From: an uncultured Oscillospiraceae bacterium
Lineage (GTDB): Bacteria; Bacillota; Clostridia; Oscillospirales; Ruminococcaceae
DNA length: 60,562 bases
Direction: 5' to 3'
NCBI GenBank assembly: GCA_964367945.1
Contig: CAYIZZ010000001.1
Coordinates: forward strand, 4,222 to 64,783
Position numbers and translations under genes: made by a program. The notes under the pieces are model-generated. The model was not told the origin of the DNA, searched no databases, and worked only from the letters and a program-made list of their open reading frames with translations. The number at the start of each line of letters is the position of its first letter. The first letter of the stretch is position 1. Shown here piece after piece: positions 27,711 to 37,693 of this stretch.

Positions 27711-29234
27711 ATGTGGACAAGAAAAGAGATTGTAAAAACAGCAAAGTCACAAGTTAAGGCGAACTACGGGCGCTGTATCAGTGTTGCGTTTATATTGTTG
27801 GTGCTAATTGGTGGAATTACTTTTCCGCGTTTTTCACAAGTTGAAGCTGTGCTTGAAGAACCACATTATCGTGATACAACAAACACACAAATCGTGAACG
27901 AAATAGCACAAAATATATTCGCACAAAACAATGCTTTAACAGATGTTGCGAGTAATATAAACACAGGTACCTCGGGTGCTTTGTCTTCCTTAATAAATAA
28001 TGCCACAGCTTCCGGCTCGTTTATTTTTGGGATATTAAATGCCTTCAATCAGCTATTGTTCCAAGATAGTATAGTGCCGGGTATTATTATTGCTATCGGT
28101 GCCGGCATAACGTTTTTATATTTTGTGTTTGGCAAAAATATATTACAGGTGGGTAAATACAGGTTTTTTCTTGAAAATAGATATTATCAAAAAACCATGG
28201 TGAGTCGTATATTATACATATATGAAATAGGACGCACACGTCGTGTGGCGCGTGTGATGCTTTTACGTGATGTGTATACTGTGCTATGGTTTTTCACCAT
28301 AGTTGGTGGGTTTATCAAGCTGTATTCTTATCGCATGGTGCCGTTTATTATTGCTGAAAACCCAAACCTTAGCGCAAAAGAAGCTATTGATATGTCACGC
28401 CGTATGATGTATGGCCAAAAATGGCGCTGTTTTCTTTTGGATATGAGCTTTATCGGATGGGGAGCATTGTCTTATCTGACATTTTCTGTGGCCAAGGTGC
28501 TATATGTTGACCCATATTACACTGCTGTAAATGCAGAACTTTATATGCATCTGCGTGAGCAAATGATGGATGAAGACAAAGAGGTAGACAATGTATTTAC
28601 CGACAGACTTTTAGTGCCTTTATATGTGATGAACGACGAATATCCTTTATCTGAGTTTGCCCTGCAACCACTGATTTCGCGCAACTGGATTCGAACTGAT
28701 TATCATCGTACTTATCGTTTAGAGGAAATTGTGTTTTTGTTTTTAGCGTTTGCTTTTGTCGGGTATGCGTGGGAAGTTTTATACTACCTTGTGAAAGAAG
28801 GTATGTTTATTAACCGAGGTACTTTATATGGTCCTTGGCTACCCATTTACGGGTGTGGTGGTGTTGGTGCGCTATTGATATTAAAGCGGTTTGTGGATAA
28901 GCCCGTTCGCTTGTTCTTTTTATCCATTGTAGTATGCGGCACACTGGAATACACAACAGCGTGGTTCCTAGAAACATTTTTACAAACAAAATGGTGGGAT
29001 TATACAGGATATTTCCTGAATTTGCATGGACGAATTTGCCTTGAAGGGCTGTTAGTGTTTGGTGTGGGATGTATGGCGGGTATATACCTTTTGGCTCCGA
29101 TACTAAGCATGAAGTTTGATAAGCTGCCCAAAAAACTACGAAGAATTGTGCTGGTGATTATCAGTTGTGCGTTTATAGCTGATGCGGTTTATTCAGTGTT
29201 TTCGCCAAATATGGCTGCAGGTACCATTGTGTAG
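27711..29234 (+). CDS. Polytopic membrane protein: an N-terminal DUF975-like region fused to a C-terminal domain annotated in other genomes as putative ABC-transporter type IV
   Basis: The MWTRKEIVKTAK.. start is typical of DUF975 proteins, so I prefer the ATG at 27711. The C-terminal part (YLVKEGMFINRGTLYGPWLPIYGCGGV) matches that second family as I recall it. Confidence 0.6.
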   Translation: MWTRKEIVKTAKSQVKANYGRCISVAFILLVLIGGITFPRFSQVEAVLEEPHYRDTTNTQIVNEIAQNIFAQNNALTDVASNINTGTSGALSSLINNATASGSFIFGILNAFNQLLFQDSIVPGIIIAIGAGITFLYFVFGKNILQVGKYRFFLENRYYQKTMVSRILYIYEIGRTRRVARVMLLRDVYTVLWFFTIVGGFIKLYSYRMVPFIIAENPNLSAKEAIDMSRRMMYGQKWRCFLLDMSFIGWGALSYLTFSVAKVLYVDPYYTAVNAELYMHLREQMMDEDKEVDNVFTDRLLVPLYVMNDEYPLSEFALQPLISRNWIRTDYHRTYRLEEIVFLFLAFAFVGYAWEVLYYLVKEGMFINRGTLYGPWLPIYGCGGVGALLILKRFVDKPVRLFFLSIVVCGTLEYTTAWFLETFLQTKWWDYTGYFLNLHGRICLEGLLVFGVGCMAGIYLLAPILSMKFDKLPKKLRRIVLVIISCAFIADAVYSVFSPNMAAGTIV

Positions 29235-29251
29235 TCATTTGGCATTATTTT

Positions 29252-29312
29252 AAAAACAAAAAACCGACATTCACTTGCCGATTGTTAACGGTGTGGTGTC
29301 GGTGATTTATTA
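29252..29312. terminator. Bidirectional terminator region between convergent genes
   Basis: The stem core pairs accgaca with tgtcggt. An A-rich run lies upstream and a T-rich run downstream. Confidence 0.5.
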
Positions 29313-29324
29313 TTTATTTAAGAT

Positions 29325-29744
29325 TTATCCAAGATTTATGGCTATATCGCTAAGCGTGTGCAAGTCATCCGTCTCGGAGGTTTGTGAAAAAGTGAAAGTC
29401 ACGTAAAACATGTCGTTTTCAAAAGATGTCCACTTATAGCGCTGAATGGTGGGCTCGTGATAATCGATGGGTGTACCGTCTGTATTGTGCATATAGTCTT
29501 TCACGATGTCAGAATAGGTGAAGCCAGCTAAATTCTCTTTGTTCATTGACTTTAGGCTATCAAATGCGGTGCTAAGCTGAGCCTGTGTCAAAAGTGAGGG
29601 TGTGGCAGGTGCGCTTACATCACCTTCGTTTGTGCTTGCATTTATATAAAAAGAACAAGCAGTCAAAAACAGAGCTAGAAAGGCTACGGCGAATAGTTTG
29701 GTTTTTATGATAGGCACCTCCTTTGATTTTGTATATTTATGCAC
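29325..29744 (-). CDS. Small lipoprotein of unknown function
   Basis: It has a signal peptide with a lipobox (FLALFLTAC). The start is uncertain. The track uses the GTG at 29744, but the only strong SD (AAAGGAGG, 29724-29717) lies inside that ORF. Confidence 0.6.
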   Translation of the reverse strand: MHKYTKSKEVPIIKTKLFAVAFLALFLTACSFYINASTNEGDVSAPATPSLLTQAQLSTAFDSLKSMNKENLAGFTYSDIVKDYMHNTDGTPIDYHEPTIQRYKWTSFENDMFYVTFTFSQTSETDDLHTLSDIAINLG

Positions 29745-29966
29745 ATGAATAAATGTCTACTATGACATGTTTAGGGTGAAATATCAAATACATATGAATT
29801 ATATCATAAAAATGGTGTGATATAAAGTTGCAAAATTGATACAGATTTTCAATAAATATCAAGTATTATTTAATATGTATAAGTGGATGATTTGGCGTAA
29901 TATGTAGATATATTATAATTTTGAGGATTTAATTGAAATAAGGATACACTAAAAAGGAGATATATT

Positions 29967-31604
29967 TTGATTGAGACGATATTGATGATTTTGTTTGGGT
30001 TTGCGTTTCTTGGTCAAAACTATATGTTTTTTCAGTTGATTGGAAAAGTTGTTCCAATTAAAGTCAGTACCTTTGCTTTAGTTTTGACCGGAATTGTAAA
30101 CTGTGTTGCTGTCATAATAATGATGACTTACATCGAAAACAGTACAGTGATTATGTATTTGATAATCACGCTGATATATATTATAGAGATGTATTTTATG
30201 TATGATGCAAAAGTGATGAGTGTGGTATCTTATTCAATTACACTGCCAATTCATCTTATGGCCTTGCGTGGAATATCTATTTCTATATTTGCAATGATGT
30301 TTGGCCATAGTATTTATGAAGTGGCCACAACTGATGCCATGATGTGGAGCACGTTAATAATGGCATCTATATTTTCCATGGGATTTATGGCGGCATTGTT
30401 TAAGCTTATTCCTGACAAGTACTTTAAAATGATAGACCAAGAAACAAACCGTATGATGCTATTTTGTATTTTAGCGGTTGTAACAGTGTTGCAATTAATT
30501 ATAAACGGGTCGATGTATGACTCTAATATAAATATCGCCACTCTAACATGGCAACAGATATTTACCAATGTTTCATGGATGACTGTTTTGTATACCGGTG
30601 TGTTTATGCTTATTGGGTTTGAGGTATTAGATGCGCGCAGAGAAAAGCTGCAGGACACACTTTTGCGAGAAAGTCTATATAAAAACATGCTGCTGGTTCG
30701 GTCTGAGCTTACCATAGAAGTAAACTGTACCAATGATAAAATTGCAAGTTTGACATATAGAGGTAAAGAGAAAAATAGATTTGCCGGCGCAGACTACTCC
30801 ACGTTTTTGTATAGAGTGGTGGAAGAATATATACATGAAGAAGATAAAAGACAGCTGTATGCAAATGTGGAATCTTCCAGTATTATGCGTGCGTATAAAA
30901 ATGGTAAAAAAGATTTGACGGTAGAATATCGCATGAAGCAAAGTGATGATACATACAGGTGGTTTGCGGCACGTGTCAATAGCGAGTATGTGGATGAAGA
31001 TGATATTATTAGGGCGCTTATTATCAACAGCGATATTCAAGAAGAAAAAGAAAAAGAAGCTATATTGACATATGAGGCCGAGCGTGATCCACTGGTGGGT
31101 GCATACAACAAAAAAGTGTCAGAACAGCTGGTGGAAGAGCATCTGCAAGGTGGCGGCGTAGGCACACTTTGGATTATTGATATAGACAACTTTAAAAACA
31201 TTAATGATAATTTTGGGCACTTGTATGGCGATAGGGTTTTGTGTGATATATATGACGAGCTTAGCCAGCTGTTCCGTGACAAGGATATTATAGGCAGGGT
31301 AGGTGGCGATGAGTTCATGGTGTTTATGAAAGATACCATCCGAGAAAGCGCTGTGATAGCTAAAGCGCAGCAGGCCTGTTATGCTATAGAAAAAGTGTAC
31401 ACAAAAGAAGGCTTGCCGGATACCGGCATATCTGCAAGTATCGGTATTGCTATTGCCCCGCAACATGCAAAAGTATATACAAGATTGTTTGAAGTGGCAG
31501 ATATTGCGTTATATGCTACCAAAGGAAATGGCAAAAACGGGTTCACTATATACAGTAAAGACTACGCAGATGCAAAGCAGAACGTTGATCTTTCCGGGCG
31601 CTGA
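29967..31604 (+). CDS. Membrane-bound sensor diguanylate cyclase (multi-TM N-terminus, PAS-like region, GGDEF)
   Basis: A TTG start lies 7 nt after AAGGAG. It has about 6 N-terminal TM helices and the GGDEF domain motifs NFGHLYGD and RVGGDEFMVF. Confidence 0.85.
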   Translation: MIETILMILFGFAFLGQNYMFFQLIGKVVPIKVSTFALVLTGIVNCVAVIIMMTYIENSTVIMYLIITLIYIIEMYFMYDAKVMSVVSYSITLPIHLMALRGISISIFAMMFGHSIYEVATTDAMMWSTLIMASIFSMGFMAALFKLIPDKYFKMIDQETNRMMLFCILAVVTVLQLIINGSMYDSNINIATLTWQQIFTNVSWMTVLYTGVFMLIGFEVLDARREKLQDTLLRESLYKNMLLVRSELTIEVNCTNDKIASLTYRGKEKNRFAGADYSTFLYRVVEEYIHEEDKRQLYANVESSSIMRAYKNGKKDLTVEYRMKQSDDTYRWFAARVNSEYVDEDDIIRALIINSDIQEEKEKEAILTYEAERDPLVGAYNKKVSEQLVEEHLQGGGVGTLWIIDIDNFKNINDNFGHLYGDRVLCDIYDELSQLFRDKDIIGRVGGDEFMVFMKDTIRESAVIAKAQQACYAIEKVYTKEGLPDTGISASIGIAIAPQHAKVYTRLFEVADIALYATKGNGKNGFTIYSKDYADAKQNVDLSGR

Positions 31605-31633
31605 TATATAATTTAACATATTATAAAAAATGA

Positions 31634-31665
31634 AAATGACACTATTGATTTTAATAGTGTCATTT
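31634..31665. terminator. Bidirectional terminator
   Basis: A perfect 13-bp stem pairs aaatgacactatt with aatagtgtcattt around a 6-nt loop. It lies between convergent genes. Confidence 0.8.
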
Positions 31666-31680
31666 CTGTTGATACATAGT

Positions 31681-31875
31681 TTATTTAGGTCTATGCTTGA
31701 ATGCTAGTACCCAACTGATACAGGTTAATAAAACATACATAATATAAATTGAATAGGTAACTGAATTGCTCCAAGGGAATGAAGACTCAGGATGGTTGAA
31801 TGCATAAAATATAAATGCAATCCCAATTATGGTAAACAAACACCCAATCAATAAATATTTTTTGTGGTTTGACAT
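31681..31875 (-). CDS. Small two-TM membrane protein (64 aa)
   Basis: It has two hydrophobic helices (YLLIGCLFTIIGIAFIFYAF, IYIMYVLLTCISWVLAF). I recognise no family. Confidence 0.5.
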   Translation of the reverse strand: MSNHKKYLLIGCLFTIIGIAFIFYAFNHPESSFPWSNSVTYSIYIMYVLLTCISWVLAFKHRPK

Positions 31876-32006
31876 ATAGTTATCCTTTTATATATAACGA
31901 ACAGTAAAAAGCCACAGCTATTAACTATTTGTCTAAGTTGTTGTTTTTGATATATTCAATCGATGCATTTTTTGTTTAGGTAGGTGATGTCGCATCTGAA
32001 AACAAG

Positions 32007-33341
32007 TTATTCTGCGCCGAGTGCCGCCATGGTGAGGTAGTTATAAGGCTTGTTGAAATGAGGCAAGAAGAAGATATCTAAAAGCTTTAGTTTATCGATG
32101 CTTACACCTTCTTGTATGGCCAAAGAAAACATATGAATACCCATGGAAACATCGTGGTATGAGGCTATTTGTGCGCCCAGCACTCGCCGTGATCCTTTAT
32201 CGTATACAATGCGAATAGATACCTCATCATTTTCACGGATAAACTCAGGCCTTTGGTTATCTGTCACATCGCTTGCCGCAGCATCAAACCCTTTGGTCAA
32301 AGCCTGACACAATGTCATGCCTGTGGAAACCATGTTGTATCCGTATATGGATATTCCGTTGGAGCCTTGCACACCAACCGAAGCCAGGGCAGTGCCGAGG
32401 GCGTTGTGTGCCGCCACTATTCCTGATCGAACAGCATTGGTGGCAAGAGCTATATATTCAGTGTTTTTTGAAGCATTGTCATACACGCAAGCACAATCGC
32501 CAATGGCATACACGTCGGGAATGCTTGTTTCTTGATTAAGATTCACACGATAAGCACCGTTTGGTAAAGTGTCGATTTTGTCTCTTCCAAGAGCAGTGTT
32601 TGGTACAAAGCCTATGGCTAGCACTACCATGTCAGCGTCTATTTCCTTTTTGTCGGTGATTACTTTTTTCACACAGGTGTCGCCTTCCATGCGAATCACA
32701 CGCTGGTTAAACTCCATCTTTACGCCGTTTTTTTCAAGTACATGGTGCATTTTATCGGTGAATTCAGCATCGTAATATCTGCTGAGGCAATCATCAGCAA
32801 TATCAATAAGTGTTGTGTTTTTGCCACATCGGCAAAACGCCTCGGCAAGCTCTACACCGATATATCCCGCACCCACAATTGCCACGTTTTTGATGTCTGG
32901 TTGATCGTGCAGCTTTTCTATTACCTCTTCAGCGTGCTGATAAAGCTTCACATACTGCACATTTTCAAGGTTTGCACCGGGAATATCAGGTATAATTGGC
33001 CAAGAACCTGTAGCTAAAACCAGCTTGTCATAGCTTTCTTTTATCTCTTCACCGTTTTTATTTTTGGCAATAACATAGCGGCTGTCGAAATCTATGCTAT
33101 CCACTTCAGTTTCGGTGTGTACGGTAGCACCTTTTTGTTGGAGCATTTCTTTGGAAGAATAAAAAAGCCCTGACGGTCCATCGATCTGCCCACCTATCCA
33201 CAACGCCATGCCACATCCCAAAAAACTTATGTTATTGTTTTTGTCAAATGTAGTTACTTCACAATCTTTATAATTGTCAAGTATGGTGTTTATACAGGCG
33301 GTTCCAGCATGATTTGTGCCTACCACAACAATTTTCTTCAT
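32007..33341 (-). CDS. NADH oxidase / FAD-dependent pyridine nucleotide-disulfide oxidoreductase (CoA-disulfide reductase / Nox / Npx clade)
   Basis: It has an N-terminal FAD fold ([13 protein letters not shown]), a redox-active single-Cys motif ([14 protein letters not shown]) and a second dinucleotide fold ([15 protein letters not shown]). Confidence 0.85.
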   Translation of the reverse strand: MKKIVVVGTNHAGTACINTILDNYKDCEVTTFDKNNNISFLGCGMALWIGGQIDGPSGLFYSSKEMLQQKGATVHTETEVDSIDFDSRYVIAKNKNGEEIKESYDKLVLATGSWPIIPDIPGANLENVQYVKLYQHAEEVIEKLHDQPDIKNVAIVGAGYIGVELAEAFCRCGKNTTLIDIADDCLSRYYDAEFTDKMHHVLEKNGVKMEFNQRVIRMEGDTCVKKVITDKKEIDADMVVLAIGFVPNTALGRDKIDTLPNGAYRVNLNQETSIPDVYAIGDCACVYDNASKNTEYIALATNAVRSGIVAAHNALGTALASVGVQGSNGISIYGYNMVSTGMTLCQALTKGFDAAASDVTDNQRPEFIRENDEVSIRIVYDKGSRRVLGAQIASYHDVSMGIHMFSLAIQEGVSIDKLKLLDIFFLPHFNKPYNYLTMAALGAE

Positions 33342-33443
33342 AACAATACTCCTTTTTTATCACTGTTTTGTAATTATATCAAGCAAAAAGTGCATAATCT
33401 AGCTGTTATTGTCAGTGCGGTATAGTAAATGATTTAAAAATGT

Positions 33444-34049
33444 TTACAGTGAGCCTTTGGTGGAAAGCACACCTAAAATACGTTCGTCATACATTGTGGC
33501 AGCATCAAGTGATTTTGCAAAACTTTTAATGGTTGCCTCGGCTAAATGGTGGTTATTTTTTCCAAATAAGTGTTTTATGTGTAGATTCATACCACTGTTT
33601 ATTGCTAAAGACTCTAAAAAGTGACAGAATACTTCTGTTTCAAGCTCGCCGATGCGTTCTTTTGAAAACTCAAGGTCAGACACAAAAAATCCGCGTCCGG
33701 AAAGATCCACAGCACAAAGCATCAAAACATCGTCTAAAGGATATGCCACGCTACCACTGCGGCGAATACCGACTTTGTCGCCCAAAGCAGACTTTATAGC
33801 CTCGCCCAGTGCAATACCCACATCTTCAACGGTGTGGTGGCTGTCTATATGTAAGTCACCTTTGCAGGAAAGCTTTAGGTCAAAAAGACCATGGCATGCA
33901 AAAGTCGTAAGCATGTGATCAAAAAAGCCTATACCTGTGCTGATATCAGTGATACCGCTACCATCGATATTAAGCGTAAGACTGATGGAAGTTTCTTTGG
34001 TGGTACGATTTATAGTGGCAGTTCTGATTTTGCTTGTGACGTCTTGCAT
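33444..34049 (-). CDS. hisB: Imidazoleglycerol-phosphate dehydratase
   Basis: It reads RTTKETSISLTLNIDG.., GIGFFDHMLTTFACHG.., DSHHTVEDVGIALG.., classic IGPD motifs. Confidence 0.9.
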   Translation of the reverse strand: MQDVTSKIRTATINRTTKETSISLTLNIDGSGITDISTGIGFFDHMLTTFACHGLFDLKLSCKGDLHIDSHHTVEDVGIALGEAIKSALGDKVGIRRSGSVAYPLDDVLMLCAVDLSGRGFFVSDLEFSKERIGELETEVFCHFLESLAINSGMNLHIKHLFGKNNHHLAEATIKSFAKSLDAATMYDERILGVLSTKGSL

Positions 34050-34260
34050 AATAATACCCTCCTATATGCCGAATATAAGTTTTATTTTATCATATATTAT
34101 TTACTCTTACAACACAGTATTCAAGCTAATGTATTTAAAAAAAATAAAAAGAGGTTTATGAAACAAATTCATTGATAAAAATAATAAAACATGATAAAAT
34201 ATCATAGGAAAATATGGATGCTAAAAAAGAAAATTAGGCTGGGGAAAGGTAGGATGTAAG

Positions 34261-35241
34261 ATGTTTGCAAAAATGATAGAGCTGCTTAAATCAAATGAGG
34301 TACGCCTGGTATTTCCAGAGGGTGAAGATCAGCGTATACAGAGTGCTGTGGTGCGCTTACAATCAGAAAAATTGATGAAACCGATTGTTTTAGGAAACAA
34401 AGAAAGAATTGAAGAAAGCTCCAAAAAAAATGGTATCAACATGGAAGGCATCGAGATAATCGATCCTGAGACATATGATAGATTTGAAGATATGGTTGCC
34501 CTTATGGTAGAGCTTCGCAAAGGAAAAATGAGCGAAGAAGAATGTCAAGCTAGCCTTAAAAAAACAAACTATTTTGGTACTATGCTGGTGAAAATGGGAT
34601 TGGCCGAAGGACTTTTGGGTGGCGCAACGTATTCTACTGCAGATACTGTTCGTCCTGCTTTGCAAATAGTGAAAACAAAACCCGGATGTAAGATTGTATC
34701 AAGTTGCTTTATAATGAATCGCATGGGTATAAATGGCGACCAACGCATTGTGATGGCAGACTGCGCCATTAACATGTATCCTAACGAAGACGAAATTGTT
34801 GATATCACACTGGAGACTGCTAAAACAGCTCGTTTGTTTGAGATAGAGCCCAAAGTTGCTTTGCTATCTTACAGCACTAAAGGCTCCGGCAAAGGCGAGT
34901 CACCTGAAAAAATGAAAAACGCTACAGAGCGTTTGCAAAAGATGAATTTGGACTTTCCGGTGGATGGCGAGTTCCAGTTTGATGCAGCAGTATCGCCCGA
35001 GGTTGGCCAGCTGAAGTCACCGGGAAGTGAAGTGGCAGGGTATGCCAATACATTTATATTCCCTGACATCAATGCCGGAAACATTGGATATAAGATAGCA
35101 CAACGTCTTGGTGGATTCGAGGCTCTTGGTCCTATTTTGATGGGCCTAAACGCTCCCATTAACGATTTGTCTCGTGGCACAAATGCCGAAGAAGTGTATA
35201 AAATGGCTATCATTACCGCCGCTACAGCGTTGGCAAAATAA
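34261..35241 (+). CDS. pta: Phosphate acetyltransferase (short, about 330-aa type)
   Basis: It is the PTA_PTB domain only, with conserved blocks: LVFPEGEDQRI, GGATYSTADTVRPALQI, ADCAINMYPN, SYSTKGSG, TFIFPDINAGNIGYKIAQRLGG. Confidence 0.9.
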   Translation: MFAKMIELLKSNEVRLVFPEGEDQRIQSAVVRLQSEKLMKPIVLGNKERIEESSKKNGINMEGIEIIDPETYDRFEDMVALMVELRKGKMSEEECQASLKKTNYFGTMLVKMGLAEGLLGGATYSTADTVRPALQIVKTKPGCKIVSSCFIMNRMGINGDQRIVMADCAINMYPNEDEIVDITLETAKTARLFEIEPKVALLSYSTKGSGKGESPEKMKNATERLQKMNLDFPVDGEFQFDAAVSPEVGQLKSPGSEVAGYANTFIFPDINAGNIGYKIAQRLGGFEALGPILMGLNAPINDLSRGTNAEEVYKMAIITAATALAK

Positions 35242-35301
35242 TAAATTAGGCATGTGAAATGTTTTGTTTATTCAATTTATGTAAGATGAGTTAAATTTCA
35301 C

Positions 35302-35330
35302 TTGCAAATAATTTCAAAATAATATATAAT
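35302..35330 (+). promoter_or_regulatory. Sigma-A promoter upstream of the SRP RNA
   Basis: TTGCAA (35302-35307), a 17-nt spacer, then a consensus TATAAT (35325-35330). Confidence 0.65.
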
Positions 35331-35347
35331 ATTTTAGTATTACACAT

Positions 35348-35512
35348 GCGGGCAGGGCGGGAAGTGCGCTGCTTTGCATACGGAAGGTGGGTCCTGTGCA
35401 ATGGGTCGCCGTGAACCATGTCAGGCGGGGAACCGAGCAGCATTAAGCGGATGCACCTGTGTGCCGCAGTAAACCTGCCTTTCGTATGCAAAGCAGCGCC
35501 ACCACTGTCCGC
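35348..35512 (+). ncRNA. ffs: Signal recognition particle RNA (scRNA / 4.5S homolog); ends approximate
   Basis: The conserved domain IV reads GTCAGGCGGGGAACCGAGCAGC. A long closing helix joins gcgctgctttgcatacggaagg (5') to cctttcgtatgcaaagcagcgc (3'). A T5 run follows. The position upstream of dnaX matches Firmicutes. Confidence 0.85.
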
Positions 35513-35551
35513 TTTTTGTAAGCTATATGCTAAACAAAAGGGGTGAGGCTT

Positions 35552-37234
35552 TTGCATCGTGCGCTTTATAGAAAATGGAGGCCGCAAACTTTTGGTGATG
35601 TGGTAGGCCAAAAAGCTATCACCACCGCCCTTTTAAATCAAATTACAGCCGAGAAAATAGGCCATGCTTATCTTTTTACCGGCACAAGAGGAACAGGAAA
35701 AACCAGCTGTGCTAAGATATTTGCCATGGCGGTGAACTGTGAGGATCCAAACGGAGCCGAGCCGTGCGGTGTGTGTGAGGTGTGTAGCGGCCTTTTAAAT
35801 GGTAGCATTTTAGATGTGGCCGAAATAGACGCTGCCTCGAACAACGGTGTGGACGATGTACGAGACTTGCGTGAAGAGACTATATACAGGCCCACGCGTG
35901 CAAAATATAGGGTTTATATCATAGATGAGGTACACATGCTGTCTACTGCAGCGTTTAATGCACTTTTGAAAACGCTGGAAGAACCCCCACAGCACGTTAT
36001 TTTTATCTTAGCAACTACTGAAATTCATAAAGTTCCGGCCACCATTCTTTCGCGGTGTCAGCGGTTTGACTTTATGCGGATTGCGCCCGGAGATATAGCA
36101 CAAAGGCTTTTGTATATATCCGAAAAAGAGGATATAGACCTAAAAGAAGATGCAGCAGATTTGCTTGCAAGACTTTCCGATGGTGCTATGAGAGACGCTC
36201 TTAGTCTTTTAGACACTTGTGCAGGAGCAGGGGAAGCCATCGACACAAACACGGTGCGTAAAATGGCCGGAATTTGTGATAAAGATTATCTATTTAAGCT
36301 TTCAAATGCTACTAAAAATTCCGACACAACACAAATTTTGACGCTGATAGGCGAACTCCACACTCATTCGGTGGATGCACGCAGATTGTGCGAAGAAATG
36401 GTGTTTCACTATAGAAACCTGCTTTTGGCAAAGGCGGACGCAGGCGGTCGATTGCTTGACAGAGTGCCTACAGAAGAAAAAGCACAATATATAGAAGAGT
36501 CTGCCGTATATGATGAAAAAGAGCTTATCGGTGCATTACAGCGTCTGGCTACTGCTATTGATAAAATGGCGCGCTCGCCTGAGCCACGACTAGAGCTGGA
36601 ACTGGCACTTTTTGACATTACTGCGGATAAGAAATCAACTCAAACTACACAAAATACAGCGGTGCCGCAACCGCAAGTAGTCGCGGCGCAAAAGCCACTG
36701 AGCCGGCAAGATGTACCCGTAGAATCTGTGGAGTCTGTACCCTTTGATGTTGACGAACCGGCGATATCTGAGCAAACAGCAGCGCCGTTTGATGGTGGCG
36801 AGTCTGTGGTCGAAGCGGTGCAAGTAGTAAATAAAGTAGCTGAAGAATTACCGCCAGCTGAAGAACTACCGCCGTTACCTGTAGCAGTGCCGATTGCCGA
36901 GCTGCCAGATGGTATACAGCCGTTTGCATATTGGCAACAAGTGCTGGAAAAAATGCCGAGCACAGATCGTCTGTTAAGCTCATACATGTCAGGCTCAAAG
37001 GCGTATACTGATGGTATTCGTGTTTTAATAGATGGCGGGCAGATGTTCTTAGCATATATTCGTGCCAATCACAACGCACGCGAGACTATTAAAACAGTGA
37101 TAGAAAGTGTGTGTGGCAAGAGATATGGGATAGGCCCTTACGAGGGCGGAGCCGTTGAAGAAATCAAGCAAATAACAGCTAAAGATACCCTTGTGGAATG
37201 GGAAAAAAAAGGGGTAACTGTGACAACTGAGTAA
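35552..37234 (+). CDS. dnaX: DNA polymerase III subunit gamma/tau
   Basis: It reads ALYRKWRPQTFGDVVGQ, Walker A GTRGTGKTS, a Zn module CGVCEVC and VYIIDEVHML. I prefer the TTG at 35552 (after AAAGGGGTGAGG) over the GTG at 35543. Confidence 0.95.
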   Translation: MHRALYRKWRPQTFGDVVGQKAITTALLNQITAEKIGHAYLFTGTRGTGKTSCAKIFAMAVNCEDPNGAEPCGVCEVCSGLLNGSILDVAEIDAASNNGVDDVRDLREETIYRPTRAKYRVYIIDEVHMLSTAAFNALLKTLEEPPQHVIFILATTEIHKVPATILSRCQRFDFMRIAPGDIAQRLLYISEKEDIDLKEDAADLLARLSDGAMRDALSLLDTCAGAGEAIDTNTVRKMAGICDKDYLFKLSNATKNSDTTQILTLIGELHTHSVDARRLCEEMVFHYRNLLLAKADAGGRLLDRVPTEEKAQYIEESAVYDEKELIGALQRLATAIDKMARSPEPRLELELALFDITADKKSTQTTQNTAVPQPQVVAAQKPLSRQDVPVESVESVPFDVDEPAISEQTAAPFDGGESVVEAVQVVNKVAEELPPAEELPPLPVAVPIAELPDGIQPFAYWQQVLEKMPSTDRLLSSYMSGSKAYTDGIRVLIDGGQMFLAYIRANHNARETIKTVIESVCGKRYGIGPYEGGAVEEIKQITAKDTLVEWEKKGVTVTTE

Positions 37235-37268
37235 AATAAACTACAGATAAAAACTGGAGGAAAATTAA

Positions 37269-37613
37269 ATGAAAGCAAGACTACCGGACGGATATGGCAA
37301 GCAAAACGTGAACAAATTGATGCAGCAGGCCCAGCAGATGCAAGATTCTATTGCAACAAAACAAGCAGAACTTGAGGAAACAGAGTTTCCGGTGAAGGCT
37401 GCAGGTGGTATGCTGGAAATAACAATGAGGGGCGACTATAACGTAACAGCGGTGAAAATCAACCCTGATGCGGTGGATCCTGACGACATTGAAATGTTGG
37501 AGGATCTTGTGGCAGCCGCAGTGAACGAAGCTGTGCGCACAGTAAAAGAAAACACAGAAGCTGAGATGGGTAAAATATCTGCAGCGTTCCCGGGTCTTGC
37601 CGGAATGATGTAG
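37269..37613 (+). CDS. ybaB: Nucleoid-associated protein YbaB/EbfC
   Basis: It is 114 aa with NKLMQQAQQMQ..L, and sits in the conserved position between dnaX and recR. Confidence 0.9.
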   Translation: MKARLPDGYGKQNVNKLMQQAQQMQDSIATKQAELEETEFPVKAAGGMLEITMRGDYNVTAVKINPDAVDPDDIEMLEDLVAAAVNEAVRTVKENTEAEMGKISAAFPGLAGMM

Positions 37614-37693
37614 TTTTCACCACACTCGGGATGTAAAGTGATGTACCATTACACCTTGTGATGTTTAAAAAAGATGGATGAAGAGGGAAGAAA

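Noticed and set aside
35291-35611. 106-aa minus-strand ORF between pta and dnaX
   Set aside because: It lies entirely across the SRP RNA gene and the dnaX start. It has no SD. Its high Arg/Pro/His content is typical of a reading frame running through a structured GC-rich RNA gene.
36640-37079. Two overlapping minus-strand ORFs of about 143 aa inside dnaX
   Set aside because: They lie antisense to the low-complexity, Pro/Glu/Ala-rich linker of tau and are open by composition only.
37195-37215. A8 run near the end of dnaX, considered as a possible gamma/tau programmed frameshift site
   Set aside because: It lies only about 25 nt before the normal stop. A frameshift there could not generate a shortened gamma subunit.
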